Below are positions 37,570 to 47,494 of a stretch of DNA of 57,539 nt, piece by piece. A model generated the notes under the pieces. That model saw only the letters and a list, made by a program, of their open reading frames with translations. It had not been told where the DNA came from and ran no database searches. The position numbers were made by a program, and so were the translations under genes. Location of the stretch: positions 1 to 57,539 of the forward strand of contig JBJDZD010000053.1 of assembly GCA_051867815.1 (NCBI GenBank), read 5' to 3'. The stretch is from Eubacteriales bacterium. Its GTDB lineage: Bacteria; Bacillota; Clostridia; Oscillospirales; CAG-272. The stretch's first letter is position 1. The number at the start of each line of letters is the position of its first letter.

Positions 37570-37725
37570 GTTGCTCTCCAAAAAACATAATCGATTAATT
37601 ATATCGTATTTTGTTGAATTTTGCAAGTCAATTTTTGAAATAATTCAAGAATTATCGATAATTCCTTGCAGAAAAACACAGCAGCATGGCATACTCGGAC
37701 GGCATGCTGCCTTTATGTATCGTTT

Positions 37726-39708
37726 TCAAACCTTTGCGGTTGCGTTGACCTCGGATGGCTCGCGGAAGGTGGGGACGACTTCTTTGAGCGCACGCTTTGC
37801 AGAGGCATCGTCGCCGGAATTGACCGCTGTTTGCAGGATCGCGAGCTTTTCCGATATCTCCTTACTTGAAAGGGGAGCGTCACGCTCAATGAAGATCATG
37901 CTGTTCGCGGTCTTGTCAAGCTCCTCGGTTTTGATGAGAAGCTCCTCATACAGCTTTTCGCCGGGGCGCAGACCGGTCTCGATTATGTCGATGTCATCGT
38001 AGGGCTTGAAGCCGCTGAGGCGGATCATGTTTTCCGCAAGCTCGAGGATCTTTATCGGCTTGCCCATATCAAGCACGAACAGCTCACCGTTATTTGCCAT
38101 AACGCCGGATTGAAGAACGAGCTGGCTCGCTTCCGGAATTGTCATAAAGTAGCGAATGATGCGCTTGTCCGTGACCGTGACCGGTCCGCCGCCTGCAATC
38201 TGACGCTTAAAGAGGGGAATGACCGAGCCGGCGCTGCCGAGGACGTTGCCGAAACGTGTCGCGCTGAACACGGTATGGCTTCTTTCCGATGCATGACTGA
38301 GCACTATCATCTCGCACATGCGCTTGGTGGCGCCCATGACGTTGGTGGGATTGACCGCTTTATCCGTGGAGACCATGATGAAGCGACCCACATGGTATTT
38401 CTCCGCAAGCTCCACGGCGTTGAGAGTGCCGAATACGTTATTCTTGACTGCCTCACAGCAGTTATGCTCCATGAGGGGGACGTGCTTGTGCGCCGCGGCG
38501 TGAAGGAGAACGTCGGGGCGGTGTGTAGCCATAACCTTCTCAAGGCCTTGGCGGTCGGTTACCGAAACTATTTCTACCTGAACGTTGAGCGCATCTTTGT
38601 AAATTCTTTTAAGGTCCTGTTCAAGATCGTACGCGCCGTTTTCATATACGTCGAGAATGACCAGCTTTTTCGGTCCCATCTGAGCGATCTGACGGCAAAG
38701 CTCACTGCCTATGGAGCCGCCGCCGCCCGTTATAAGGACCACCTTGTCACGGTAATAATCCGCGGCAGTGCTGTCCTTGACGTTTATCGGCTCGCGGAAG
38801 AGAAGCTCTTCGATGTCGAATTCACGCAGTCGGCGCTTGCCGGATGCGGCGTTTTGCATGACGGGGAAGTCGTATACCTTGATGCGACAGCCCGTTTCCT
38901 TATAGTGGTCATAAAGCTCCTTTTTGCGCTCGGGGGACACCTGCGGCAGGGCAAAAACTATTTCGTTTATTTTGTAGGATTCTATTTTGCTTTCAAGTGC
39001 GTCATCGTCGGAGAATACGGGAAGATTCATGATCTCGCGGCCGATCTTGGAGCGGTCAACGTCGATGAAGAAGCAGGGGGTGTAGTGCGCGTGGGGGTTG
39101 TTCAAAAGCTCCTCTGCGAGCATTACGCCGACGCGTCCCGCGCCTGCAATCGCAATACGGGCCTTTTCATCGGGCTTCTCGGCGGATGCGGGGCTTGGGT
39201 TGACGTCTGCGGATATTGAAAGTCCGCTGATAATGCTTATGACCGACCAAAAGAGACCGCCGTGCTTGCCTGAGCGGTTAAAAAGCTCGTAGAGATAGTG
39301 ATATGCAAGACGAAGGCTGATTACGAGGAGCAGATTGATCGCGGCAAACGAAAGCACGCGAATGAACTCAACGCTTGCGAAGAACGGCATTCTTTGGATG
39401 ACGTAATAGATCACTCCGGCGACAAAATCCGAAAGTATCAGACGAATGTACGCGGAAGCTCCGCCGTAACGCCACACTTGATTATATACTTTTCCGATCA
39501 GTCTGCATGCGAATACGCAACCGGTGGCAAGTATGATATGAAGTGTAAGCCACATCGGCTGTAATTTGGTCTCGCCGCTGGGATTTATTCCGAATATCAG
39601 AAATTCCGCGACCAAAAGCATGATCAGGTCATAAAAGAATATCAGCCGTCGGCGGCCGTTGAATTTTCGGGGCGTGGTCTGAGCGGAGGCTTTGTTTTGC
39701 TCTTTCAC
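37726..39708 (-). CDS. CapD/PglF-type membrane-bound NDP-sugar 4,6-dehydratase (polysaccharide biosynthesis protein)
   Basis: N-terminal TM helices. Rossmann motifs IAGAGRVG and VLITGGGGSIGSEL. Confidence 0.85.
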   Translation of the reverse strand: MKEQNKASAQTTPRKFNGRRRLIFFYDLIMLLVAEFLIFGINPSGETKLQPMWLTLHIILATGCVFACRLIGKVYNQVWRYGGASAYIRLILSDFVAGVIYYVIQRMPFFASVEFIRVLSFAAINLLLVISLRLAYHYLYELFNRSGKHGGLFWSVISIISGLSISADVNPSPASAEKPDEKARIAIAGAGRVGVMLAEELLNNPHAHYTPCFFIDVDRSKIGREIMNLPVFSDDDALESKIESYKINEIVFALPQVSPERKKELYDHYKETGCRIKVYDFPVMQNAASGKRRLREFDIEELLFREPINVKDSTAADYYRDKVVLITGGGGSIGSELCRQIAQMGPKKLVILDVYENGAYDLEQDLKRIYKDALNVQVEIVSVTDRQGLEKVMATHRPDVLLHAAAHKHVPLMEHNCCEAVKNNVFGTLNAVELAEKYHVGRFIMVSTDKAVNPTNVMGATKRMCEMIVLSHASERSHTVFSATRFGNVLGSAGSVIPLFKRQIAGGGPVTVTDKRIIRYFMTIPEASQLVLQSGVMANNGELFVLDMGKPIKILELAENMIRLSGFKPYDDIDIIETGLRPGEKLYEELLIKTEELDKTANSMIFIERDAPLSSKEISEKLAILQTAVNSGDDASAKRALKEVVPTFREPSEVNATAKV

Positions 39709-39737
39709 TTTAACACTTCCTTTCGGATATGCCGGTC

Positions 39738-41105
39738 TTATCCGTAAATGAACTTATTGATTCGCGTTGCCGCCTTTTGAATGTCAAAGTAGAGGACTTC
39801 CATGCCCTTATAGGTCTTGAATTCAAAGGCATCCCTGTATGGAACGCTCTGGGTGCTTAAGGTTATTTTTGAGGAGTTGCCGACGAGGGACGAGGCGTAC
39901 GAGCAAAGCTCGCTCAGGGGGATGTTGGTCTTGACGAGCTTGAGTACGTATTCGGCAAGATCATATATCTCAAAAAGGCTCTTTTCGTTGATTATCTTGT
40001 TTGCAATTGCCTTTACTGTGTCCTGCTGACGGCGGATGCGGTCAAAATCGCCTGCGGGTGACTCACGGTTGCGCAAATGTGTCATAACCATTTTGCTGTC
40101 GCACAGATAGGTTCCCGGAGCCAAGTTGGTGCCCCAATACTGATTGTAAAGATCAACCTCCTCTTGAGTAAAGGTCAGGTTGACGCCGCCCAGATAGTCA
40201 AGGAAATTTTTTACACCGTTGAAATCGATAACGACGAACTGCTGGATGTCGAGATCGAATATCTGGTTAACCGTATTGATTGCAAGTCCGACGCCGTCGA
40301 AAAAGTATGCGGTGTTGAGGCGGTTCCAATCGTAGCCCTCGATGGGCACGAAGGCATCGCGCATAAGGGACGTCAGCTTGACCTCGTATGTCTTTTTATT
40401 GTACGACACCACTATCATGGCGTCGCTTCTGCCGCGGTCCGCCGTGACGTTGCGCGAGTCGGTGGCGAATACGAGGATGTTGACGATATCGGGATCTTTT
40501 TGCTCGACCTTGTATATCGGGGTCTTGCCGTAGACGCTGATGATATGGGGCGAGTTCTCAAAGGACGGCTCCGTTCCGCCGGGCCATGTCGTTTCAACGG
40601 GTTTTTCCGTTTCGACGGGTTTCGTCGTTTCAACGGGTTTCGTCGTTTCAACGGGTTTCGTCGTTTCGGCGGGCTTCGTCGTTTCGACCGGCGTCGTTGT
40701 TTCGACGGGAGGCTCGGAGGTCTCGGGAGGAGAAACGACGGTGGTCTCATCGGGGGACGAGGTGATCTCAGGCTCAAGCGATGTATCGTCCGTGGGGGCA
40801 GTGGTCGTCACGTCGGTGTCGGAGGTGCCGGTATCGGTCCCGTCTTGAGCGGTATCGTCCGAGGTGGCGTCGCCCGGCTCGGTCTCGGGGTCGAAATTCG
40901 GATATGGGGGCAGGGTGTACTCATCAGTTCTTTCGACGGGCGGAATGTTTTCGTATGAATATAGGAAAAATTTAATCACAAGGGATATTCCGGCAACCAA
41001 AACCGTGATAAGAACGGCGGCGAGGATGAGTGCGATGACGATTAATATTATCTTAAGCGCACGGGGCATCTTGAATTTGAGTTTTTTCATGGTTTTCACT
41101 TTCAA
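39738..41105 (-). CDS. LCP (LytR-CpsA-Psr) family protein with a T/P/E-rich tandem-repeat linker
   Basis: TM anchor, (P)VETTK repeats, and the LCP core ILVFATDSR...RSDAMIVVSY. Confidence 0.8.
   Translation of the reverse strand: MKVKTMKKLKFKMPRALKIILIVIALILAAVLITVLVAGISLVIKFFLYSYENIPPVERTDEYTLPPYPNFDPETEPGDATSDDTAQDGTDTGTSDTDVTTTAPTDDTSLEPEITSSPDETTVVSPPETSEPPVETTTPVETTKPAETTKPVETTKPVETTKPVETEKPVETTWPGGTEPSFENSPHIISVYGKTPIYKVEQKDPDIVNILVFATDSRNVTADRGRSDAMIVVSYNKKTYEVKLTSLMRDAFVPIEGYDWNRLNTAYFFDGVGLAINTVNQIFDLDIQQFVVIDFNGVKNFLDYLGGVNLTFTQEEVDLYNQYWGTNLAPGTYLCDSKMVMTHLRNRESPAGDFDRIRRQQDTVKAIANKIINEKSLFEIYDLAEYVLKLVKTNIPLSELCSYASSLVGNSSKITLSTQSVPYRDAFEFKTYKGMEVLYFDIQKAATRINKFIYG
40588..40708 (-). 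repeat. 18-bp in-frame tandem repeat, about 6-7 copies, encoding (K)PVETT units
   Basis: Repeated GTTTCAACGGGTTTCGTC-type units. The protein reads ETTKPAETTKPVETTKPVETTKPVETEKPVETT. Confidence 0.8.
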
Positions 41106-41119
41106 AACTGATTTGATTG

Positions 41120-42304
41120 TTAGAGACCGAGCTTTTTGAGCATTGCTTGCGTGTCGCTTCGTCCCTCTGCGGTAATGCTGTGATTTATTCTGATCTCATT
41201 GGCAATGCGCTTGGAGGTCGTTCCGCGAAACAGACGGAACCAGCGGTGAACCTGACAAAAAGGAAGCAAAAGCCGGTGCTTTTGAAGGATGGGGTAGTCG
41301 TATTTGATGTGGTCGTAGGGCAGGAAGAGCCTTGAGAGCAGGTAGCCGATGCGGCCTTTCCTTTCCGCGCGGTTCATCTTAACTCGGTTGGCTGTGTTTC
41401 CGTAGATGCCGCCGCCCATTATAAAATCCTCTATACGCGCGAGGATGTCGGGGTCGTCGTATTCGGGGGTAGTGTTGCCGAACCATTTATTTGCCAGCTG
41501 ACGCATGGCGTTCTCGAAGTCGGCGTAGCCGCCTTGGCAGACGAGCGCGTGCGCGGCATCGGCATCAAAGCCGGGGCAACGGTTGCGAAGAACGTAAATA
41601 TCCATCACGGTGCGAATACCGCAACCGCCGTAAAGAAAATGCTTTACCATGTGCGCAATATGATAGAAATAGGCAAAATCAAACGGAAGCTCCATGCGGT
41701 GCGCCGACCCCTCGGCGGGGACTGCAACGTCCCAAACGCGGCGCAGTATTTTTGCCGCCTCGGAGTGATCCTTTTCTTCTGCAAGCGTGAAATGCAATTC
41801 AAGGTGAACGCCGTGCGGAGAAACGAGCTTAACGTCGTGTCCGCCCTCCTTGAGCTTGGTGTACGAAAGGCGTTCTGTCAATTCCCGGCATGCGAGGCTC
41901 AGCTGCTCGCGCTTGATGAGGATATCAACGTCACAGCTCGTTCGCATTTCGGGCACGGGATAGTATTTGCTGAGCATCGCGCCCTTGAGGAGGATGTAAT
42001 CAACACCCAGCTCCTCAAAGAATGAGGAAAGCTCCGCAAGAGCGTAGGTTCTGCCCTCGTAGCGGTAAGCCGCCGCGATAAGGGCACTTTTGTAGCTGTC
42101 AGCGATGGGAGTGCCTGCACCGGCACCGATTCGGTAGAGAACGGAGCCGACCATGTGCTGAAGGTCGTGGGGGGAAGAAAGATGAAAGAGCGCGCAGAGA
42201 ACGTTCGGGTCGTCGAGAGACCGAATCTCATCCTCGCTGAGAACATCCGTTGGTGCCGTTTCGCATAATTCAATTTGAAGAAGCTTAATAAGAAGTTCTC
42301 TCAT
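41120..42304 (-). CDS. NTP_transf_5-like nucleotidyltransferase family protein
   Basis: LKGAMLSKYYPVPEMRTSCDVDILI resembles the signature of the uncharacterised nucleotidyltransferase family. Confidence 0.55.
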   Translation of the reverse strand: MRELLIKLLQIELCETAPTDVLSEDEIRSLDDPNVLCALFHLSSPHDLQHMVGSVLYRIGAGAGTPIADSYKSALIAAAYRYEGRTYALAELSSFFEELGVDYILLKGAMLSKYYPVPEMRTSCDVDILIKREQLSLACRELTERLSYTKLKEGGHDVKLVSPHGVHLELHFTLAEEKDHSEAAKILRRVWDVAVPAEGSAHRMELPFDFAYFYHIAHMVKHFLYGGCGIRTVMDIYVLRNRCPGFDADAAHALVCQGGYADFENAMRQLANKWFGNTTPEYDDPDILARIEDFIMGGGIYGNTANRVKMNRAERKGRIGYLLSRLFLPYDHIKYDYPILQKHRLLLPFCQVHRWFRLFRGTTSKRIANEIRINHSITAEGRSDTQAMLKKLGL

Positions 42305-42316
42305 TCGGACCTCCGT

Positions 42317-42778
42317 TTAAGTATTGACCGAGCGGTGCAGTTTGCCGTAAACGGCGAAGATGAAGGGGCGGCAGAACCTTGTGGGATACCAAAGAGCGTC
42401 GCGAAGCTTATATACAAAGCAGTCTGCCCGGCGCGTTTTGCCCTTCCGCGTTACGGCGACGACTTCGGCGAGTGCCTGATCGGGATTTATGATCTCGCAC
42501 CACGACTGCGCATCGCCGTTCATGAGCATTCGTCCGTCCGGAAGGCACTTTCTCACGCGGTGAAGGACAAAGGAGCCGTTTTCCCTGCGGAAAAAGACTA
42601 TCCGGCCGCGCTTATATGCGCTTTTTTTCTCAAGCCACACCGTATCCGTGCCTTCCTTAAGGAAGGGAAGCATGCTTGAACCCGTTACGACGACGGGTAT
42701 AGCGGCGCCGTCGGAGAGGAGAGCGGCAAGCTCATCTCCGGAGTGTTCGGGGTCAATTATCTTGATTTTTTCGTTCAT
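42317..42778 (-). CDS. S24/S26 (signal-peptidase-I / LexA-like) serine peptidase
   Basis: TGSSMLPFL nucleophile motif, RGRIVFF, and the LHRVRK Lys region. Confidence 0.6.
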   Translation of the reverse strand: MNEKIKIIDPEHSGDELAALLSDGAAIPVVVTGSSMLPFLKEGTDTVWLEKKSAYKRGRIVFFRRENGSFVLHRVRKCLPDGRMLMNGDAQSWCEIINPDQALAEVVAVTRKGKTRRADCFVYKLRDALWYPTRFCRPFIFAVYGKLHRSVNT

Positions 42779-42819
42779 TGTGACATTAGAGCGACGGTAA
42801 GAGTCGCCATGGCTCAGCG

Positions 42820-44313
42820 TTAATTCTTGTATGAGAGGTGTGCCGTTTTGGGACGGCGTCTTTTCTTCGGCTTGCCGTCACCGTAGCTGTAACCGTAGCC
42901 GTAATTATAATCGTAGCCGTAGTAGCCGTAGCCGTAACCGTAGCCGCGTGCGCCGGAGCTTACACCGTTGAGGATACAGCCGATGACGGGAACATTTGCG
43001 GAGATAAGCGCGTCAAGGACGGAGCGGATGCGGTTCGTGCGCACCATATCCTGCTTTATAACGAAGATGGCGGCGTCCGCTACCTGAGCGATGAGCGCCG
43101 GCTCCGAGGTGATGCCGATCGGAGAGGTGTCGATTATTACGTAATCGTATTCTCCGCGCAGACGCTCGATCAGGGTCTGAAGCCTGCTTACGTCGAATAT
43201 CTTCCAAAGGGAATGCCTTTTGCTGTTGAAGTTGAGAACGTCGAGCGAAACGGAAGAATTGACCTCGTATTTCGTGATAATCTCAATGTCGTCAGTGTCC
43301 GGCATTTCCGGTTTTTCGTCCTGACAGAGGCGGAAATTGACGTTGGGATTTCTTACGTCCGCATCAATGATGATTACTTTTTTGTTCATCATGGCAAGAG
43401 AAACGGCAAGGTTTGAGGATACGGAGGTCTTACCCTCGCCGGGAGCGGCACTTGTTATCATGATGACCTTGCGCCCGTCACAAGCCGATATAATGGAGTT
43501 TCGCAGGGCGCGGAAGGCTTCAAGATAGCCGTCACCGATGAGGGGATTGTTTATCATGATGGAGCGGTTTATCTCCTTGTTGTAACGCTTGAACGTTACG
43601 CTCGGTAGAGTACCGAGACAGCTTTGGTTGAGCTGAGTGCGGATGTCGGAGCGCTCGCGCACGGTCTTTCTCAGCATGACGTAGGCAAAGACCCATACAA
43701 GACCGACGACGAATCCGATGATGGCGCCCTTGAGGGTTTGGGTGCGGTAGGAAAACTGATTTGAAGGTGTCGTCGGAAGCACCGGCTCGGTCAGAATATT
43801 GAGCTTCGTGTTTCCTATGACGTGCTGAGCGACCTCGGGGTATTTGCGAATGACGGACTGAAGCACGTCATACGTCAGCTGTGGTGCGGAGCCTGTGGCG
43901 GTGATGGTGAACATATTGGTTCCCTTGACCACGGATGCTGTGAGCACGCAGGGAAAATAGCTGAGTCCGAGGTCGTTGCAGACCACCTCCTGCAGGATAT
44001 AGCTCTTTATGATGCTCGGGAAGGTCGAGGAGAGGCGTGAGGCGGTGATGCGGTTGGTTGCAAAGGACTGCGAGCTTAAGCCCAAGCCGCCGGACATTTG
44101 CGTTTGCACCGTAAACGTGACGGACGCCTGATATACGGGAGTAAAGTTTACGTAGCTCCTCACGAACATTACTCCGGCGAAGAGGATGGCAAGGGCGACG
44201 CAAAGCCACCAGAATCTCAAAAATCCCATCCAGAAATGCGCAATATTCAGTTTTTGAAGCTGCTCCTGCTCGGAGGAGATCCTGTTTTCACTTGAATTCT
44301 TGGAATTACTCAT
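42820..44313 (-). CDS. fused Wzz-domain / BY-kinase (polysaccharide co-polymerase tyrosine autokinase)
   Basis: Two TM helices flank a periplasmic-type domain. Walker A GEGKTS, A' IIIDADVRNP, B VIIDTSP. C-terminal Tyr cluster GYGYGYGYYGYDYNYGYGYSYG. Confidence 0.8.
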   Translation of the reverse strand: MSNSKNSSENRISSEQEQLQKLNIAHFWMGFLRFWWLCVALAILFAGVMFVRSYVNFTPVYQASVTFTVQTQMSGGLGLSSQSFATNRITASRLSSTFPSIIKSYILQEVVCNDLGLSYFPCVLTASVVKGTNMFTITATGSAPQLTYDVLQSVIRKYPEVAQHVIGNTKLNILTEPVLPTTPSNQFSYRTQTLKGAIIGFVVGLVWVFAYVMLRKTVRERSDIRTQLNQSCLGTLPSVTFKRYNKEINRSIMINNPLIGDGYLEAFRALRNSIISACDGRKVIMITSAAPGEGKTSVSSNLAVSLAMMNKKVIIIDADVRNPNVNFRLCQDEKPEMPDTDDIEIITKYEVNSSVSLDVLNFNSKRHSLWKIFDVSRLQTLIERLRGEYDYVIIDTSPIGITSEPALIAQVADAAIFVIKQDMVRTNRIRSVLDALISANVPVIGCILNGVSSGARGYGYGYGYYGYDYNYGYGYSYGDGKPKKRRRPKTAHLSYKN

Positions 44314-44325
44314 TTGTTACACCGT

Positions 44326-45846
44326 TTATTCTTTGTCGGAATCGTTATTTGTGTATTCCGAATATTTGGAGTAGCTTTCGTAGGCTCCGTTCCGGTCGTA
44401 GCCGTAACCGTGCTTGCGGCCGTAGCCGTAGCCGTTATAGTAGCCGCCGTAGGCGCCGGATTCATCCGAGCCGAGCTGGCCGAGGAGGTTGAATTCCCTG
44501 TGAACGTCGTTGAGGATGCAACCGCAGAAGTTCCCGCTTTCGGAGAGCGAGAGAACGGCATCGTTGATTGCTGCGGTGTGGACGCAGTCCGTGCGGACTG
44601 CAAGCAGGGAACGGTCGGAATGCTGAACCAGACCGGCAACGTCCGCCGCGACGGAGAGTGGCGGCGTATCGATTATCAGGAAATCGTAATCGGATGCGCG
44701 CAGGGTGTCGAAAAACTGTCCCATACGGTCGGAATAAAGCCAATCCGCATAGTTGGCGTAGCTCTTTTTGTTCAGTGCGAGGTCAAGGCTCATCTGCTTG
44801 TATTGATGGAAACGGTAATCGGAGAGTGTTTTTGAACCCGAAAGGAGCGCGCCGAGGTCGTCGGTCACTTCATCACGCAAGCCGAAAACCTTGTGCAGCG
44901 CCGGCTTCTTGAAGTCCATATCCAAAAGCGCGACCTTGTGATTGCGGCTTGCAAGAGCGAGTGCAATGTTGGCGGCTATGGTAGATTTGCCCTCGTTTTC
45001 GCCAAGGGACGTGATAAGGAAGGTCTTTGCGCCTTCATTTCTCTGTATGTATTCAAGCTTCGTTGCGAGCTTGTGATAATGCTCCGTAAAGCGGAAGCTG
45101 GAAAACGCATTGGTTATCAAACGCGAGCTTTTTTTTCGTTTGAGCATATCCTTAAGGGTCAGATGAGGCTTTTCGTGGCCTATTATGCCGAAGAGAGAGG
45201 CATCTATCTCGTCGTGGAAGGTCTGCTCGTCCTTGACCGTATCGCGCATCAGCGAGATCCAGATTATGGCGACGAGAGCGACGAGTGCGCAGCCGAAAAC
45301 GGCAATGGAACGGTTCCGATCCGAAATGTGATTCGACGGGGATTTCGGAAGGTTGGGTTGGCGCATGATCTCAATGACGGAGTCCGAAAAGACTGCTTCG
45401 GAGATCTGCGGATATATCTCGAGGATCGAGGTAAGCTCCTTGTACGACAGCTCGGGGGACGGAGTCGTTACGCTGACGGTGAAAATGTTCGTGTTGCTCA
45501 GCACCGAGGAGGAAACGCTTCCGACGAAGCCGTCCATGCCCAAGTTGTCGGCGGCGTACGCCTTCATGGTCGGCTGAACGAATACGTTCGTGAATATTTC
45601 CGCCATTTCGGAGGAGGCATCGAGGTTGGCGTACGTATATGAAGCGGAATTCTTCAGGTTTACTATCAGGGTTGCCGAGCTTGTGTACATGGGGGTGTAC
45701 ATGCTGCCGTTCCACATATCGACCGACATAAAGCCGATGAGGGACGCAAGCACCACGACCCAGATGTTTTTTATGATATCGCGCAGTATGCTGTAAGGCT
45801 CAATATGAAGTTTTGCTTTGCTTGCCGATTTGCTCATATTCTGCAC
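44326..45846 (-). CDS. second fused Wzz-domain / BY-kinase
   Basis: Walker A GENEGKST, A' LLDMDFKKP, B LIIDTPP. C-terminal Tyr cluster YGGYYNGYGYGRKHGYGY. Confidence 0.8.
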   Translation of the reverse strand: MQNMSKSASKAKLHIEPYSILRDIIKNIWVVVLASLIGFMSVDMWNGSMYTPMYTSSATLIVNLKNSASYTYANLDASSEMAEIFTNVFVQPTMKAYAADNLGMDGFVGSVSSSVLSNTNIFTVSVTTPSPELSYKELTSILEIYPQISEAVFSDSVIEIMRQPNLPKSPSNHISDRNRSIAVFGCALVALVAIIWISLMRDTVKDEQTFHDEIDASLFGIIGHEKPHLTLKDMLKRKKSSRLITNAFSSFRFTEHYHKLATKLEYIQRNEGAKTFLITSLGENEGKSTIAANIALALASRNHKVALLDMDFKKPALHKVFGLRDEVTDDLGALLSGSKTLSDYRFHQYKQMSLDLALNKKSYANYADWLYSDRMGQFFDTLRASDYDFLIIDTPPLSVAADVAGLVQHSDRSLLAVRTDCVHTAAINDAVLSLSESGNFCGCILNDVHREFNLLGQLGSDESGAYGGYYNGYGYGRKHGYGYDRNGAYESYSKYSEYTNNDSDKE

Positions 45847-45847
45847 C

Positions 45848-46663
45848 TCACTCCTCTACGATGACGGTCGTAACCGCGTGGCTTGCGCGACCCAGACTGT
45901 CATTTACGCGGTAATGTATCTCGTAAACGCCGGGCTTTGAAAGGTCAAGGTTCGTATCCGTAATGATCTCAGCGGAGATATCGTTGCCGTCGTAGTCACG
46001 GCAGGAGATCATATTTGCGTCAATGTCGAAGCTGTCTCCGACCTTGAGGTAGGTAAGATACTGACCAAGCTCGAATTTCGGGGCGGAAAGACTGCGCTCC
46101 TCAATGTAAACGGGAAGCTCGATGCTGGTGACGTCGCCCTTGCTGTTGGTAACTCTGGCAAGGATCTTATATGCGCCTGCAACTGAGGTCGAATATTCAT
46201 CTGCCGTTATGATGACCCTGTTGCTGATGTCGCCGTCAATGGAGCAGGTCGCGCCGAGGAGCTTGCGGACGTCGGCAACCTGCGAAACGCCGAAAACAAG
46301 CGAGCCGGAAAGGGTGAAGCGCGGGCGTTCGTAATCGACGTACGTTATCTTTCTCGTGGCGGATGCAGTATGGTTGTCGCTGTCGCAAACGGCGTATTCA
46401 ACTATGCAAACGCCGATCTCGGTGAAACGCGAGATGGATTCCACTATGATCTTGTCGGTCAGATCACCGTCTTTTGCATCGTAAGCGGTAACGCCGACGA
46501 GCAGGTCGTCTTTCGTAGCCGATATGCTGACATTTAACATTTCATCCGCGACTGTGATCACGGGATAGGTCTTATCCGTATTTTGCTGTCCGACCTTAAA
46601 AAAGCAAAATAGGACGAGGGTGACGGAAAAAAGCACAAGCACGCTTGCTCGAAGTATCTTCAT
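45848..46663 (-). CDS. membrane-anchored protein with three Ig-like (DUF5011-type) repeats
   Basis: N-terminal TM segment. Repeated A.D..DGD(L/I)(T/S)...V...Y pattern. Confidence 0.55.
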   Translation of the reverse strand: MKILRASVLVLFSVTLVLFCFFKVGQQNTDKTYPVITVADEMLNVSISATKDDLLVGVTAYDAKDGDLTDKIIVESISRFTEIGVCIVEYAVCDSDNHTASATRKITYVDYERPRFTLSGSLVFGVSQVADVRKLLGATCSIDGDISNRVIITADEYSTSVAGAYKILARVTNSKGDVTSIELPVYIEERSLSAPKFELGQYLTYLKVGDSFDIDANMISCRDYDGNDISAEIITDTNLDLSKPGVYEIHYRVNDSLGRASHAVTTVIVEE

Positions 46664-46690
46664 ACTGCAACAACTCCTGTATATTTGAAA

Positions 46691-47431
46691 TTAACTGTAT
46701 AATTCGATTTTTTCGTTCTTAATGATGTGAAGGGGATTGATACTGACTAAGATGTCCGCGTAATCCTCGGAGATCTCCTCGCACATCCAGCGGTGAAATT
46801 CGTCAAGTGCCGGAGTGCGACGGTATGGGCTGTGGGCATCGCTGGCGGCAACGTCCGCAAGGTGCTCGCGGATCATCATATCCGCAACACGTGCGGCACC
46901 GTGCCCGAAGGCGCCGGCAATACTGCCCTTGTTCATCTGCAGGATCGCACCGGTTCGCTTCAGACGGTAAAGATTTTCCGTATCCTCGGCAACGAAAGCG
47001 TAGCGTTCGGGATGAGCGATGACGGGAACAAGACCTGCGGCGAATATTTCATTCAGGGCGGCGAAAACGGCGCGCTCGCTTATTAAGGGGTCAAACTCGA
47101 TAAGGGGATAAACGGTGCGGTTCAGCGTTAAGAGCCGCTCTGCCTTTAAGAGCGCGATTGCTTCAAGGTAGTCCTCGTCAAGATATATCTCCTGGCCGGG
47201 CAGAAGCTCCAGCCGGACTCCGGCATCCGAGAGGGCATTTCTCGCCTGATCAAAGGCGTCGGTAAGCTGTGCAAGACCGTAGCGACCGTCGGGATAAAAA
47301 TGCGGAGTACAGACTATGCATTCCGTTCCCCGTCGGGAAGCAAGTTCGGCCATTTTGACGGTTTCGTCCGGAAAGAACGCTCCGTCGTCAAGCCCCGGAA
47401 GTATATGGCAATGAATATCGTAAAATCTCAT
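46691..47431 (-). CDS. CpsB/CapC-type PHP-family protein-tyrosine phosphatase
   Basis: MRFYDIHCHILPGLDDGA N-terminal signature. Confidence 0.85.
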   Translation of the reverse strand: MRFYDIHCHILPGLDDGAFFPDETVKMAELASRRGTECIVCTPHFYPDGRYGLAQLTDAFDQARNALSDAGVRLELLPGQEIYLDEDYLEAIALLKAERLLTLNRTVYPLIEFDPLISERAVFAALNEIFAAGLVPVIAHPERYAFVAEDTENLYRLKRTGAILQMNKGSIAGAFGHGAARVADMMIREHLADVAASDAHSPYRRTPALDEFHRWMCEEISEDYADILVSINPLHIIKNEKIELYS

Positions 47432-47494
47432 ATTTGATACCTGCAGAGCCGAAAGTGTTAAAAATGCATAATTAATTTAATTATCCATTTTATA

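Noticed and set aside
38110-39219. 369-aa plus-strand ORF opposite CapD
   Set aside because: It is antisense to a gene with Rossmann motifs (GGGGSIGSEL) and shows no features of its own.
42878-42960. Periodic GTAGCC/GTAACC repeats (also at 44395-44460) that look like a micro-repeat array
   Set aside because: They are not CRISPR or a satellite. They are the in-frame coding sequence of the Gly/Tyr clusters (GYGYGY...) at the C-termini of the two BY-kinases.
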